Notes: generated by a model from the letters alone, not told the origin. A stretch of DNA of 64,000 nucleotides from Octopus vulgaris (GCA_951406725.2 OX597843.1:17670001-17734000); one strand, 5' to 3'. Counted from the stretch's first letter, positions 1 to 12,337 are shown. Translations and numbers: made by a program.

Positions 1-15
1 ATATATATATGTATC

Positions 16-372
16 GGCGCAGGCGTGATTGTGTGGTAGGAAGCTTGGCACCTTGGGCAAGTGTCTTCTACTAAAGCCTCGGGCCGACCAAAGCCTTGTG
101 AGGGATTTGGTAAGCGGAAACTGAAAGAAGCCTGTCGTATATATATATATATATATATATATGTATTTATGTGTGTGTCTCTGTGTCTATTTGTCTTCCA
201 TCATCACTTGACAACCTATGTTGGTGTGTTTACGTCCTCGTTCGGCAAAAGAGACCGATAGAATAAGTACTGGGCTTACAAAGAATAAGTCCTAGGGTCG
301 ATTTGTTCGACGAAAAAGTGGTGCTCCAGTATGGCCACAGTCATATTACTGAAACAAGTAAAGGAATGAAAG
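16..372 (+). mobile_element. Major SINE family copy
   Basis: Colinear with 38518-38965. Confidence 0.85.
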
Positions 373-736
373 AATAATATATATATACATATATACATAT
401 ATTTTATTTATTTATTATTTTTTATTCCATCTAGTTTCATCTCACGAGCTGTGGCCGCGCTGGGGCACCGGCATTATATATATACATACACACATACATG
501 TGTGATGTGTGTACATACATATCACGGTATGGTATTGATCAGACTATCGGTTGATTCAGATGTTGTTATACACCACTGATCACAATGCGCTTCCTCGTCG
601 TGTTGTAGCTTTCGAATGCTACGCTTTTCCACTGCCGAGCAACTTGAAATGAAGGGCTGAGTTCGCCGGTCTGAGACTCGAAACCGCAATCATACGATCG
701 TCAGTGCGACACACCTTGGTTGCTAAAGCACGCGAC

Positions 737-771
<35 letters not shown>

Positions 772-788
772 ACACACACACACACACT

Positions 789-819
<31 letters not shown>

Positions 820-1275
820 CCATGCACTCACATAGCAAAGGTAAACATTACCTTGTCGAGCCATGAGGGCCAGTTTCCATGGCGTATATATCTCCCACCT
901 GGACGGGACGCCAGTCACTCGCAGGAAAACTCATTTCTGCCGGTTGAACGGACTGAAGCAAAGTGAAATGAAGTGTTTCGATGAAGAATACAAAGCGTCG
1001 CCCGGTCCAAGAATCGAAACCACAATCTTACTCTCACAAGTCCAACACTGTACCCACCAAGCCACGCGTGTTCACACATACACACACTTGTGTGGGGGCG
1101 TGGGAGAGGTGAGTCGGAGGTTAACGTGTGGATATGCGCGCTTGTAATCTATAAACTAGAAGCCTTTCGGCGTTTCCAGTCCTCGATTTGTCGCAGACAC
1201 CAACGCGTTGGACAGGTGGCGGAATTTAGGAACCTACTCATACGCAGCACCACGTGTGTACGTATACTAGTGTGT

Positions 1276-1324
<49 letters not shown>

Positions 1325-1392
1325 CTTACACACAATCATATATTTGTATATAAATATGTGTATTTTTGCATATAATGTATATATATATATAT

Positions 1393-1437
<45 letters not shown>

Positions 1438-1483
1438 GCATGTATGTATGCATTTATGTATGTATGTATACATTTGTGTATGC

Positions 1484-1515
<32 letters not shown>

Positions 1516-1622
1516 ATGTGTGTATGTATGAATGTATGTATGTATACATTTGTGTATGCATTTATATATATATATATGTATGTATGAATGTATGTATGTA
1601 TGTATGTATGTATGCATACATT

Positions 1623-1690
<68 letters not shown>

Positions 1691-1941
1691 TTTGTATATA
1701 TGTATGTATATTTAGGTACATTAATGTTCAAAGAACGAAAAACAAATGCATCTTGTTACCAATTTGTCAAACGAGTTGTAAGGCCCGTGGCGTCTAGAAA
1801 GAGAGTAATTGCTGTTGAACGGCCACCTATATATATACATGCATACAAACACATACATACATAAATACATAAGGGATGTTACATACTGTCGTCCATGTAT
1901 ATTTCCACGCGTGCATATATGTATGCGTTTGTAAATGTGCA

Positions 1942-1984
<43 letters not shown>

Positions 1985-2172
1985 GTGTGTGTGTGTGGTG
2001 TCGCGCGTATGCATCGAAGAATATTCTGGAAAAAGACAAGAAAAAGAAGCGAACCATTTTTCATAATTCGCTGACATATTCCAACTTGGAAACTGGTTCT
2101 CTACAAGACTTTGGTAATGATTTGGTATTAATCTGGAACCTGTTAGACATTCCTATACAACACACACACGAC

Positions 2173-2252
<80 letters not shown>

Positions 2253-2311
2253 TTATGTCTACATTTATATAGATATATAGATGTATATATAAATATATAC
2301 ATATATATATG

Positions 2312-2347
<36 letters not shown>

Positions 2348-2355
2348 CATATAAT

Positions 2356-2405
<50 letters not shown>

Positions 2406-2442
2406 GTACACACACGCACATATATACATATATATACACATC

Positions 2443-2788
2443 GGCGCTGAAATGTCTTTATGGTTAAGAAGTTAGCTTTGCAACCCTGTGATTTCGGGTT
2501 CAACAAGTGTCTTCTTCTCTAGCCCTGGGCCAACCAAGACCTTGTGAATGAATTTGGTTGACGGAAACTGTATGGAAACCCGTCGTATAAGTGTGTGTGT
2601 GTGTGTGTGTCTTTGTGTCCGGGCTTATCTCGAAAATGGTTGCTTTTCCCTTTTGTACATCTCTGTAACTTCAAAATAAAATGACTACCAGTCTTAAAAT
2701 TGTCCTGGGGTCGACCTGCTCGACTAAGCTCCAACGAGGCTATGCCCCAACATGGCCGAAATCCATTGACAGAATCAAGTAAAAGGTT
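2443..2788 (+). mobile_element. Major SINE family, diverged copy
   Basis: Head, body and tail recognisable. Confidence 0.75.
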
Positions 2789-2804
2789 AAATATATATAT
2801 ATAT

Positions 2805-3140
2805 AGTTCTGCATGTGCTTCTAACGGTCTGTAAATCTAGGATTACAAAGGCTTCCTACTGATGATTCTGGCCTTGGCAGATAAATTCTGTTTATTTGCT
2901 AAATCAGATTTTTTTGCTAAAACAGATGAAACCGTCGGTATAGGATTAACTGAGGGGGTAAACGTTTTTGATTTCCATTCCTTTCATGAATTTATCCCTT
3001 TTTGTGTGTCTAGCACAGCGCTTCTTTATTTGGAAGCCCTTTATTGTATTTCTATATGAATAATATATAGTCTAATGACTATTTCGTCTTTTGTGCTGGT
3101 AATAATAATTTATTTTATTACCCTATTTACTATGTTACTT
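2805..3140 (+). mobile_element. Solo Penelope-like pLTR / HHR-bearing non-autonomous element
   Basis: About 335 bp bounded by (TA)n on both sides; contains the HHR at 2854-2945 followed by a pyrimidine-rich tail. Confidence 0.65.
2854..2945 (+). ncRNA. Type I hammerhead ribozyme, canonical core, extended stem II
   Basis: Stem I TCCTA(2854-58)/TAGGA(2941-45); CTGATGA 2859-65; stem II TCTG..TTGGCAGATAAA/TTTATTTGCTAA..CAGA; GAAAC 2928-32; stem III ACCG-T-CGGT; cleavage triplet GTA 2938-40. Confidence 0.85.
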
Positions 3141-3164
3141 TATATATATATATATATATATATA

Positions 3165-3413
3165 TACAAAATTTAAAGGACTGACCACTAAAAGTGGACG
3201 GTCAATATGCTAGATATAGACGTCAAAGTGGTTTTGAGAACACATTCTTCGTGAAAAATAGCGATTTTGACGTCTATATCTAGCATATTGACCGTCCACT
3301 TTTAGTGGTCAGTCCTTAAAATTTTGTATGTAAAAAATATTTTAATCTTCGGATTTTTTTAAATATGCTGGGCCACTGGTTTTAATTGATTAATATCAAT
3401 TTCTACCCTTATT

Positions 3414-3415
<2 letters not shown>
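3165..3415. mobile_element. Fold-back element in (TA)n
   Basis: Near-perfect inverted arms 3165-3227 / 3266-3328; its tail (aatatgctgggccactg..cccttatt) is related to 30609-30785. Confidence 0.7.
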
Positions 3416-3458
<43 letters not shown>

Positions 3459-3617
3459 CTTGGTCGGCCCAGGGCTAGAGAAGAAGACACTTGTTGAACA
3501 CGAAATCACAGGGTTGCAAAGCTAACTTCTTAACCATAAAGACATTTCAGCGCCGATGTGTATGTATATGTATATATGTGCGTGTGTGTACGTGTGTATA
3601 TATATATGTCTGTGTAG

Positions 3618-3678
<61 letters not shown>

Positions 3679-3697
3679 ATATATATATGTATATATT

Positions 3698-3738
<41 letters not shown>

Positions 3739-4310
3739 GTATATGTGTACTTATGTCGAGGCATAATCAAAACAAGTATAATCAAAATATTAAAGAACAA
3801 ATTACTCGATGCATTTTGCAGAGCACATGCTTCAAAATGAGAAGTGATAGTGACTTCGAAGTTTAGGTCTGCTGTGCTATATATAACGTGATATAGTCCG
3901 ATTGCTATAATATGTAACGTATTATGTGACACGAATTTTGTAACATTTAATGCATTCCTATGGACAAATTTGGATAAATCTATATTTACATACTATAATA
4001 TAGTCCGCGCGTTGTAATACATCGTTATTTCGAGATTGATGTTCAGCAAAAATTAAACGATTGATAGATTAATAGGTTACGAAACTGAACTATTAATATC
4101 ACTTATTCATTTGGTGGGTTTCTGGTGTGGTATTATGGGTTAAATAGTAGAAGAGGAACATTTTATTAAATATTAATATTGTTGGGGGCAGGAAATGTAT
4201 TATTTTTCTTCGGGTACTAAAATATAGCATATAAGGGGTTTAAACGTGTATTCATAAAAATTAAACACACACAAACACACACATACACACACACGCGCAC
4301 ACACACACAC

Positions 4311-4408
<98 letters not shown>

Positions 4409-4561
4409 ATATATATATATATATATATGGTGTTCTTTCAGTTTCCGTCTACCAAATCCATTCACAAGGCTTTGGTCGGCCCGATGCTATAGCAGAAGAC
4501 ACTTGCCCAAGGAGCCACGCAGTGGGACTGAACCCGGAACCTTGTGGTTGAGAAACAAGCT

Positions 4562-5083
4562 TCTTTATTTCATTACATTTGCTATAAAGGCATAATACAG
4601 ATGGAAGCGTTGCGGGCTGGACACAGACACAATGATGATGATGGAATGCAAAAAGAGATGGTTGGCGGGGGGAGCAGCCAACGACTGCCGATTGTTTCTT
4701 CCCGATAACATTGTTCTTTTTTTTTTTAATCACAAATGAGGTGTTGAACCTCTTGCAACAATTACAAATTGAGGCGCCGAGCCTCTTAACAAGCAAAAAG
4801 AGTTCAGAAAATATTCAACTTGAAGCGCTAAGCTTACCAGTCTCCAAGTTCGAATCGAGGTGCTAAGACCTCTTACTCTGCCTCCCCGATTAAGTTTCTT
4901 GCCGCCTGCAGGCAACCCTGCAGTCGCAAGCCGGGGTCCCATAAAAGATTATTGTATTCTTCCTTAGTAAAGAAATCTATAAATTCCCCCCATGACCTCC
5001 ACAGCCACCTGCGGAGGCCAATCCGGGCTGTCAATGTAGGTCAGGACCCCCTGTTTCCGACTTTCAAATTTCCTCACAAAACT
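4562..5083 (-). mobile_element. Retroposed insert (LINE 3' end or retrocopy) splitting a SINE
   Basis: SINE 4428-4565 resumes at about 5084; the insert has a coding-like tail ..EFIDFFTKEEYNNLLWDPGLRLQGCLQAARNLIGEAE* and a terminal AATAAA. Confidence 0.5.
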
Positions 5084-5271
5084 CCACACAGCCACGCCTG
5101 CGCTTGTGTGTAAACAGAGTTAGCGGTTATAGTAACCAACTAAGGGATAAAATATCCGTATATACTATCGGTATCCGTTACCTGTAATATCTTCGGGCAT
5201 TGGTGTGCAGGCACACCATACACGTAAAGTGCAGGTAACAAGAGGATAAACAAGAGTTTATCAAGAACCAA

Positions 5272-5488
5272 TGCAAATAATTAGAAGGTGGAGAAAACCA
5301 CAGATTAACCAACACATCGGTTGGACCACATTTATAGGATATTTTGGCAATCGGATCAGTAACGGCCGTAAGATATATTACGTTACTTATTTTGATATGA
5401 TTTGTATTAAAACATAAGCTATAAATGCGGTTCAATCGAGGCGTTGGTTAATCTGTGCTTTTCCTCATTTTCAAACAAATTATTTGTA
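5272..5488. repeat. Diverged inverted repeat (old fold-back element)
   Basis: Arms about 5272-5337 / 5419-5488 (cacagattaaccaac / gttggttaatctgtg). Confidence 0.6.
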
Positions 5489-5497
5489 TATACATAC

Positions 5498-5548
<51 letters not shown>

Positions 5549-5629
5549 AAGGGTGAAAAGGAACACACGAGTTGATATATATGAAAAAACAAGTCAAAAT
5601 AGAAAATGCTAAAATAATTTTATAGTGAA

Positions 5630-5677
5630 CATTTCAGTACCGGTTTCGGTCATTTTGAGACCTTTTCAACTGTAACG
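5630..5677 (-). ncRNA. Minimal type I hammerhead, U3-A8 core variant
   Basis: CGTTACAG-TTGAAAA-GGTC(TCAAAAT)GACC-GAAAC-CG-GTA-CTGAAATG; stem I 7/8 paired; palindromic stem III ACCGGT. Confidence 0.8.
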
Positions 5678-6390
5678 ATTAAATAATTAAATTTAGAAAA
5701 ATTAAAAGAAAAGTTTTTTTAAAGGAATATTTCTATAGTAGTGTTCAGATATAAGTGGCATTCTGCCTTTCTCTGACTCCCTTGTTTGCACTTGTGTGTT
5801 CGAGGTCGTTGTGAGTTCTTGGTAGGGTAGAAGAAGAAGAAGGCTGATGAGGAGAGGGGGTGGGAAAATCTGGGAGTGCCCTGATGGTCGTATTTTGAAT
5901 GGTCAGTGGCGGCTAGCAGTCGCAGTTCATTCAGGAGAATATTTCTATTGAAAGGCTTGTTTATGGAATTTGCGTAGGTGTTATACTAAAAAGCATTAGT
6001 GACAGGGAGAAGTAGAAGAAGAAGAAGAAGAAGAAGAAGAAGAAGAAGAAGAAGAAGAAGAAGAAGAAGAAGAAGAAGATGACGATGTTGATGATGATGA
6101 TGATGAAGAAGAAGAAGAAGAAGGAGAAGGAGAAGATGATGATGATGATGATGATGGTGGTGATGATGATGACGACGATGATGATGATAATGATGATGAT
6201 GAAGAAGAAGAGGAAGAAGAAGAAAAAAACTGAGAAGGGAGAATATGAATGGGTGAAAGTAGTGAGGTGTTGTATGATTTAAAGTTGGCATGTTATGGAT
6301 TATAGCTGTGATTGGGGCTGATTAGTAATGGATTCTTTGGAATGTAATATTTGTGTGTGTATATTTCTTTTATTCTAAAGTTGAGGTATA

Positions 6391-6640
6391 TTAATTGTTT
6401 GTCGTAGACCCGTTAAGAAGTGGCCTGTATTTTGTAATAAAGAGAGTTTCTTTACTTATTCGTTGTCTCGAGGTTGTATCGTCCCTAAATTGGTAGAGGG
6501 GGAAAATCCTGAAGCTTGGTGTTCTTTTGTTGGCGCAAGTATCTATGTGTTGGCTAAAAGCTATTTTTCTGTTTTGGGGAATTTTTATCTGGGATCTGTG
6601 CAGGGCCATTCGTCGCAAACTATTTTTTGTTTGGCCCTGC
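6391..6640 (-). pseudogene. Penelope GIY-YIG endonuclease C-terminal fragment
   Basis: Motifs GQT..L.RM..HR, H...C and E..FI.K..P.LN ending at a stop codon; no RT portion present. Confidence 0.8.
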
Positions 6641-7293
6641 ACAGATCCCAGATAAAAATTCCCCAAAACAGAAACACCTCTACTATTCCTCCTGCTGGAA
6701 TGATAGTAATAGTATGAGCTGTCGTTGTAATTGAAGCAGAGGCGACAGTGATGATGGTGGTGGTGGTGGTGGTAGCCGAGGCGGTCAAGGAAGATGGTGA
6801 TTTGAAAGACAGTGGTGATGGTGGTGAAATCAAAGGTATTGATAGTGGTGGCGTCAGAAGTCTGAATGGTGTGTGTATGGCAGTGGTGGTACTGGAGATG
6901 GTGGTGGTTGAAAACAATGAACCGAGATAGAGAGAGGTTAGACAGAAAAAACTGTACTGACCCCTGTATGGGAAGACAAAAAAGTGTTGTTTATCATGCA
7001 GCTTTGAAATAAGTTCCAAGTCGACAAATTGTATCATTATTTTAATGAAAATTGTTCATTGCTTGAAAAATATTGTTCAAGTTTAATAAAATTTAATATG
7101 TACTCAATGCATGAAGTGTCATTGTTGGGCTCAAGGCCCAATGAAGATCCCTCCACAGGAGCCAGCTTAAAGCCACCTGATAGGTTGGCTTTTAAGCTAG
7201 TATATATATATATATATATATATATGTACAAATATATACATATACATATATATATATATACAAATATATACATATACACACACACACACACAC

Positions 7294-7329
<36 letters not shown>

Positions 7330-7344
<15 letters not shown>

Positions 7345-8458
7345 TGAGAATGTGTGTCTGTCTATCTGTGTGTTTCCCTAAAACTTGAGAACTACACAAC
7401 CAATTTCATTCAAATTTTACACATGCCTTACTTAGGGTCCGGGGAGTGTAGTTTCATGGCAAAAGTTTTTTCAACTTTTTGCCTAGGGCGAGCCCACAGC
7501 AATATCATATCTTCTCCACTATTTCAGTATTACGTGTTAAAAGTGAAACAAAAACATTTCTCTATTTTATGTCAGATGCTTTCACTTTAACAATAAAAAT
7601 AATAATAACAATTGAATTATATGTAGTATGTAATAATTAAAATCAAACTAAAGTATAATACTATCGTAACATAACAAAAGTAAAAATATAGCAATTGGTA
7701 TAAAATTGCATCAATGACTTGAACTTGAATCAGTGGTTTCACATGAATAGGAATAAATAAGAAATAAAATCTAAGTGCAGAAATGGAATAGTCCAGATGG
7801 AGGTGTGCACGGCTTTTACATTAGATTATTTACTAATTAGCTAGCATTAAGCATTCTACTGAGTACCGCTGTTAGTTTATTTCTGATCCACAAAGGCCTA
7901 TAGCTTGAACAGAGTACTGATTTTTGGTTTACCGTAAGGTTTGTTATTATTATTTCTGTTTAACTATTGTTATCACGTTTGTTGGTTCCTCGTAAGGGAA
8001 GCGTTGTTGTGTTGCATTTGTTAAATAATTGTAAACCGTAACCCTCCCCCTTTGGGAGAAGGAGCTTTGGTTATTGTTTATAAATTGAATTGTGTCCCTG
8101 TTTGGGGAAATTGACAATATTTTCACCGTTTACACGGAAGTATTTTTGTTAAAATGTCTTCGATAGAAGAAAGTCCAAAAATGAATTTCGCTGCAGCCGT
8201 CGGATTGAAGCCACACTTGTATACAAGAGGGAGGACAAGATACAATTGATCGAAATTACAAGAGACGGGCTAACAATTCCAGTCTGTTATATATTTTGAG
8301 TATTGTTATCACTAGCGATATCAATATATAACTTTGTATTTTGTATTTTATGTGTAGATGTATATATATAGATGTACATGTAATATGTACACATATATAT
8401 ATACACATATATACATGCACTAGCACTATGACCCGGCAACGACGGGTCATTAATGCTA

Positions 8459-8460
<2 letters not shown>
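7330..8460 (+). mobile_element. Non-autonomous Helitron-like element
   Basis: 5' TATATAAAACTGAGAATGTGTGTCTG..; 3' GC-rich hairpin ATGACCCG/CGGGTCAT followed by CTAG-T. Confidence 0.55.
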
Positions 8461-8511
<51 letters not shown>

Positions 8512-8689
8512 CACATATATACACATATATACGTACACACACACATATATAAATGTGTGTGTATGAATTACATGTAAATATGTTTGTCAGCGTGTATATG
8601 CATGTGTGTGTGTGAGGTTGGATTGTGCATTGCACTGAACACAGCTTCAAAGTGTAGACTAGGCTGCAGATATAGCAGGACGCCTTCAG

Positions 8690-8995
8690 AAGAAGTGGTT
8701 AGAGATTTCGATTGATTCTGGTAAGGTCCTGAGTTCGATTCCCTACGGTGTCCTTGAGTAAGGCACTTTCTTTCACGTTGCTCCAGTCCAATCGGCTGGC
8801 AAAAACGAATAGTACCTGTAATTCAAAACGGCCAGCCTCGTCAGAGTCTGTGTCACATGAACTCTCCCTGAGAATTACGTTACGGGTATGCGTGTCTGTG
8901 GAGTACACAGCCACTTGCACGTTAATTCCGCGAGCAGGCTGTTCCGTTGATCGGATCGACTGGATCACTCGTCGTCGTCGCTGACGGAGTACCAG
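8690..8995 (+). mobile_element. Diverged tRNA-derived SINE
   Basis: B box GAGTTCGATTCCC; 3' half shared with 11028-11416. Confidence 0.75.
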
Positions 8996-9167
8996 CCTTT
9001 ACTGACATTTATTAATATACATCCTGTTAAAGTATAGTTTCGTATACAGATCAGGAAAGATTGAGTGTAACGTAGAATATACAAAACGAAAAACCCTTCA
9101 AAACTTTCAAACATGTGTGAATTAGAACGGAGGAGAACATATACACGCGCTTACACGTGTGCACAAG

Positions 9168-9232
<65 letters not shown>

Positions 9233-9339
9233 ACATACACACATACACACGTATATACATATTTGTTTTTGGTATTTATATTAAGAGTCTAAAGACATGG
9301 AATGACGCAGAGGTGGATGATTAATGAAAAATATTAAAA

Positions 9340-9381
<42 letters not shown>

Positions 9382-9382
<1 letters not shown>

Positions 9383-9737
9383 AGCGTAGGCTCGAAACGT
9401 AAAAGACTTTTTCAGTTCCTGAGCGTTATACTAATACATTTGTTTGTTTTGTACAACACCTGTTTTCGTCTTTTGTTTTTTTCGTAAACTCTCCCAATAT
9501 ATATATATATATATATATATATAACAGACCGCCATGTTAAATCGTTAGCTCCTGCACGCATTATTTTTCTCTCCTTGTTTCTCTCCTTCTTTCTTTTCTG
9601 CGTATCTTTCTGTCGAAGAGCGTAGGCTCGAAACGTAAAAGATTTGTTTTATTTCTATTCCTGAGCGCCATACTAATACAATTGTTTGTTTGTACTCCAC
9701 CTACCTTCGTCTTTTGTTTATTTTCGTAAGCTTCCCG

Positions 9738-9740
<3 letters not shown>
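9382..9740 (+). mobile_element. Partial tandem of family B pLTR-like elements
   Basis: Truncated copy 9382-9497 starting at HHR stem II, then a (TA)n spacer, then a fuller copy 9523-9740. Confidence 0.75.
9604..9643 (+). ncRNA. Minimal hammerhead-like motif, U6 variant (family B)
   Basis: ATCTTT-CTGTCGA-A-GAGC(GTAG)GCTC-GAAAC-GTA-AAAGAT; 6-bp stem I. Confidence 0.7.
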
Positions 9741-9777
<37 letters not shown>

Positions 9778-9970
9778 TGATGCTTTGACTAGGATATTTT
9801 TGTTTTTATATCACCATACATACGTAAATACATACGTACATACATAGATCTAGGTGTGTATATGCAAAATGTAGTCATATATATGTATGTATTTACACAC
9901 ACACACATATAATATTATATTATATATATAAATAGATACCTATATAGAAAGATAGATAGATAGATATGTT

Positions 9971-10455
9971 TCTTTATTAGCCACACAGGGCTGCCCACAG
10001 ACAGGACAAATTACAAGGTAGAGCTTTTCTTTTGGGGGTAAAAAAAGGCGGTTTGGTTTTCGATCAAAAGGGGTCGTAAAAGGAAAGAAAGAGGACAAAA
10101 AAGAGGGGGGGGATAAAATTTTTTAAAAAAAGGGGGAAAGGAAAAAAAATTGATCAATAGGGATCGTTATCACAGAAATGTCAATATGAAGTGTAAAGGG
10201 GAGGACAGGTGAGGTTTACCCGTGGAAAGAAAAGCCTACGGAAAAGACCACGGTAACCTCGGTCAATGAAGTCACATGTTATATTTCTTTTTTTTTTTTT
10301 TGCAAATAAGCAACTCTCTGTATTAATTTTTACGGTTCATAGAATCATAGTCAAGGTGGCTTCGTCATTCATACGTGCCATCCTTGCTACATTCACCCAT
10401 CTTTTTTTAAAACATTCACTAGACAAAACTTGCCTCTCTACTCTCACTTTCCTCT
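9971..10455 (-). mobile_element. 3' fragment of a Tx1/L1-like LINE inserted in (GATA)n
   Basis: Minus translation RKVRVERQVLSSECFKKRWVNVARM..IL*; 3' UTR ends in AATAAA; GATA repeats on both flanks. Confidence 0.6.
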
Positions 10456-10462
10456 ATAGACG

Positions 10463-10500
<38 letters not shown>

Positions 10501-10904
10501 AACCTATATAGATAGATAATATAGATAGATAATATAGATAGATAGATAGGTAGATAGATAGGTAGATAGATAGATAGATAGATAGACAGATAGACAGACA
10601 GACAGGTAGATAGCTAGAATAAAGTTTAATACCAACCCCATCTTCTCATTAGTTAATTAAAATGAAGATGGACTAGATGAGAAGCTTTATAGTTCACACC
10701 GATCATTTAAGCCGATCCTGCATCGGTCCATCGTCTGTGGGTTCCTGTGCCACGGGTCGTGGCGCACCTCGCAGAAGTGTCTCGTCAGGCGATGTTATAA
10801 CAAATGTTTCGCTCGGTTTTAATACTGCGTGTTGTTAGGGACTGTAGGTTTAAGCAGCTGGGCAGGAATCATCGGCTAACTACGTCTTAATTAATTACAC
10901 GCAA

Positions 10905-10974
<70 letters not shown>

Positions 10975-11027
10975 TATAACTTAGATATGTTTCGACCAAT
11001 GATTGGTCCAAGCCGTATCTAACTTTT

Positions 11028-11416
11028 GTGGAGGCGCAATGGCCCAGTGGTTAGGGCAGCGGACTCGCGGTCATAGGATCGCGGTTTCGATTCCCAGACC
11101 GGGCGTTGTGAGTGTTTATTGAGCGAAAACACCTAAAGCTCCACGAGGCTCCGGCAGGGGATGGTGGTGATCCCTGCTGTATTCTTTCATCACAACTTTC
11201 TCTCACTCTTACTTCCTGTTTCTGTTGTACCTTGTATTTCAAAGGGCCGGCCTTGTCACTCTCTGTGTCACGCTGAATCTCCCCGAGAACTACGTCAAGG
11301 GTGCACGTGTCTGTGGAGTGCTCAGCCACTTACACGTTAATTTCACGAGCAGGCTGTTCCGTTGATTCGGATCAACCGGAACCCTCGTCGTCGTAACCGA
11401 CGGAGTGCTTCCATCC
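11028..11416 (+). mobile_element. tRNA-derived SINE, full length with TSD
   Basis: A box TGGCCCAGTGG, B box GGTTTCGATTCCC; 10-bp TSD ATCTAACTTT at 11017-26 and 11417-26. Confidence 0.9.
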
Positions 11417-11909
11417 ATCTAACTTTAATAGCACCACCTGATAGGATTAGCTAAATTCTTTTTAAGTCAAATTTTGTGGTATCTTGGTCCATTCGAGTAA
11501 GGAATTCCTGCTGAGTGAGTTGTACCCAAGTACAGGTGGCTTATCTGGGATTAATTGAAGAAATTTGCCCACATTCCATTTAAGGGTGATGGGATCCTTT
11601 TTATACTTTGTTGAAGCAAAGACATTGGTGTGTTTTCGTCCCCGTAACTTAAAGGTTAAGCTTACAAAGAATAAGTCCTGAGATTGATATCTTCGACGAA
11701 AGGCGGTGCTCCAGCATAGCCGCAGTCAAATGATTGAAAGCAGTAAATGAATAAAGGAATATGTAGATTACCATATAAGTTTAATCCATACAGGAAGAGA
11801 GACACAACTGTATGTATATGCGTGCGTGTGTAGAAAAACTAAATATACACACGTATATATACATATACACACATATATGTATATGATTACACATATTTAT
11901 ATATTTGCG

Positions 11910-11960
<51 letters not shown>

Positions 11961-11969
<9 letters not shown>

Positions 11970-12170
11970 GCAAACAAGAAAGCACAAAAAAAACACAACA
12001 ACGCGAGGACGTGGAACAAGTATAGTATTATTGAACGCTCAGGAAAGAAGGAAAGAAGGAGGGTTTAACGTTTCGAGCGGAGCTCTTCGTCGGAAACATA
12101 GGAGAAGGAAAGATCCAGAGAAGAGAAGACGGAGGAAAAAAAATCGCCAACGGTACACACGCGGTCACGT
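11961..12170 (-). mobile_element. Family A pLTR-like element with C4-variant HHR at 12063-12097
   Basis: GTTT-CCGACGA-A-GAGC(TCC)GCTC-GAAAC-GTT-AAAC; flanked by (TA)n; partial copies at about 14105-14195, 15208-15305 and 53635-53700. Confidence 0.8.
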
Positions 12171-12179
12171 TTTGAAACA

Positions 12180-12223
<44 letters not shown>

Positions 12224-12292
12224 CATATTACTCTACCACTGGTATTTGAGTACTCTTTTTTCCACCTTGTTTCACATTTATGTGTTTACTCC

Positions 12293-12337
<45 letters not shown>

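Larger units (their letters stand above)
5548..6675 (-). mobile_element. 5'-truncated Penelope-like element: GIY-YIG endonuclease C-terminus, 3' region and HHR-bearing pLTR
   Basis: Minus ORF 6391-6666 reads GQTKNSLRRMALHRSQI..FSQHIDTC..FRIFP..RISKETLFITKYRPLLN, matching the PLE GIY-YIG pattern; short inversion at the 5' end (6569-6608 vs 6632-6674); HHR at 5630-5677; 3' end abuts (TA)n. Confidence 0.85.

Noticed and set aside
5896-5935. SECIS element in the Penelope 3' region (ATGAA...TGAC on minus strand)
   Set aside because: Only about 20 nt lie between the GA motifs, too short for helix II plus the apical loop.
6585-7037. 150-aa T/S/P-rich ORF
   Set aside because: Degenerate (GGT/GAT) low-complexity sequence running into the Penelope inversion; no independent support.
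11028-11105. tRNA gene
   Set aside because: A and B boxes belong to a SINE head that continues into a SINE body with a TSD; no complete cloverleaf.
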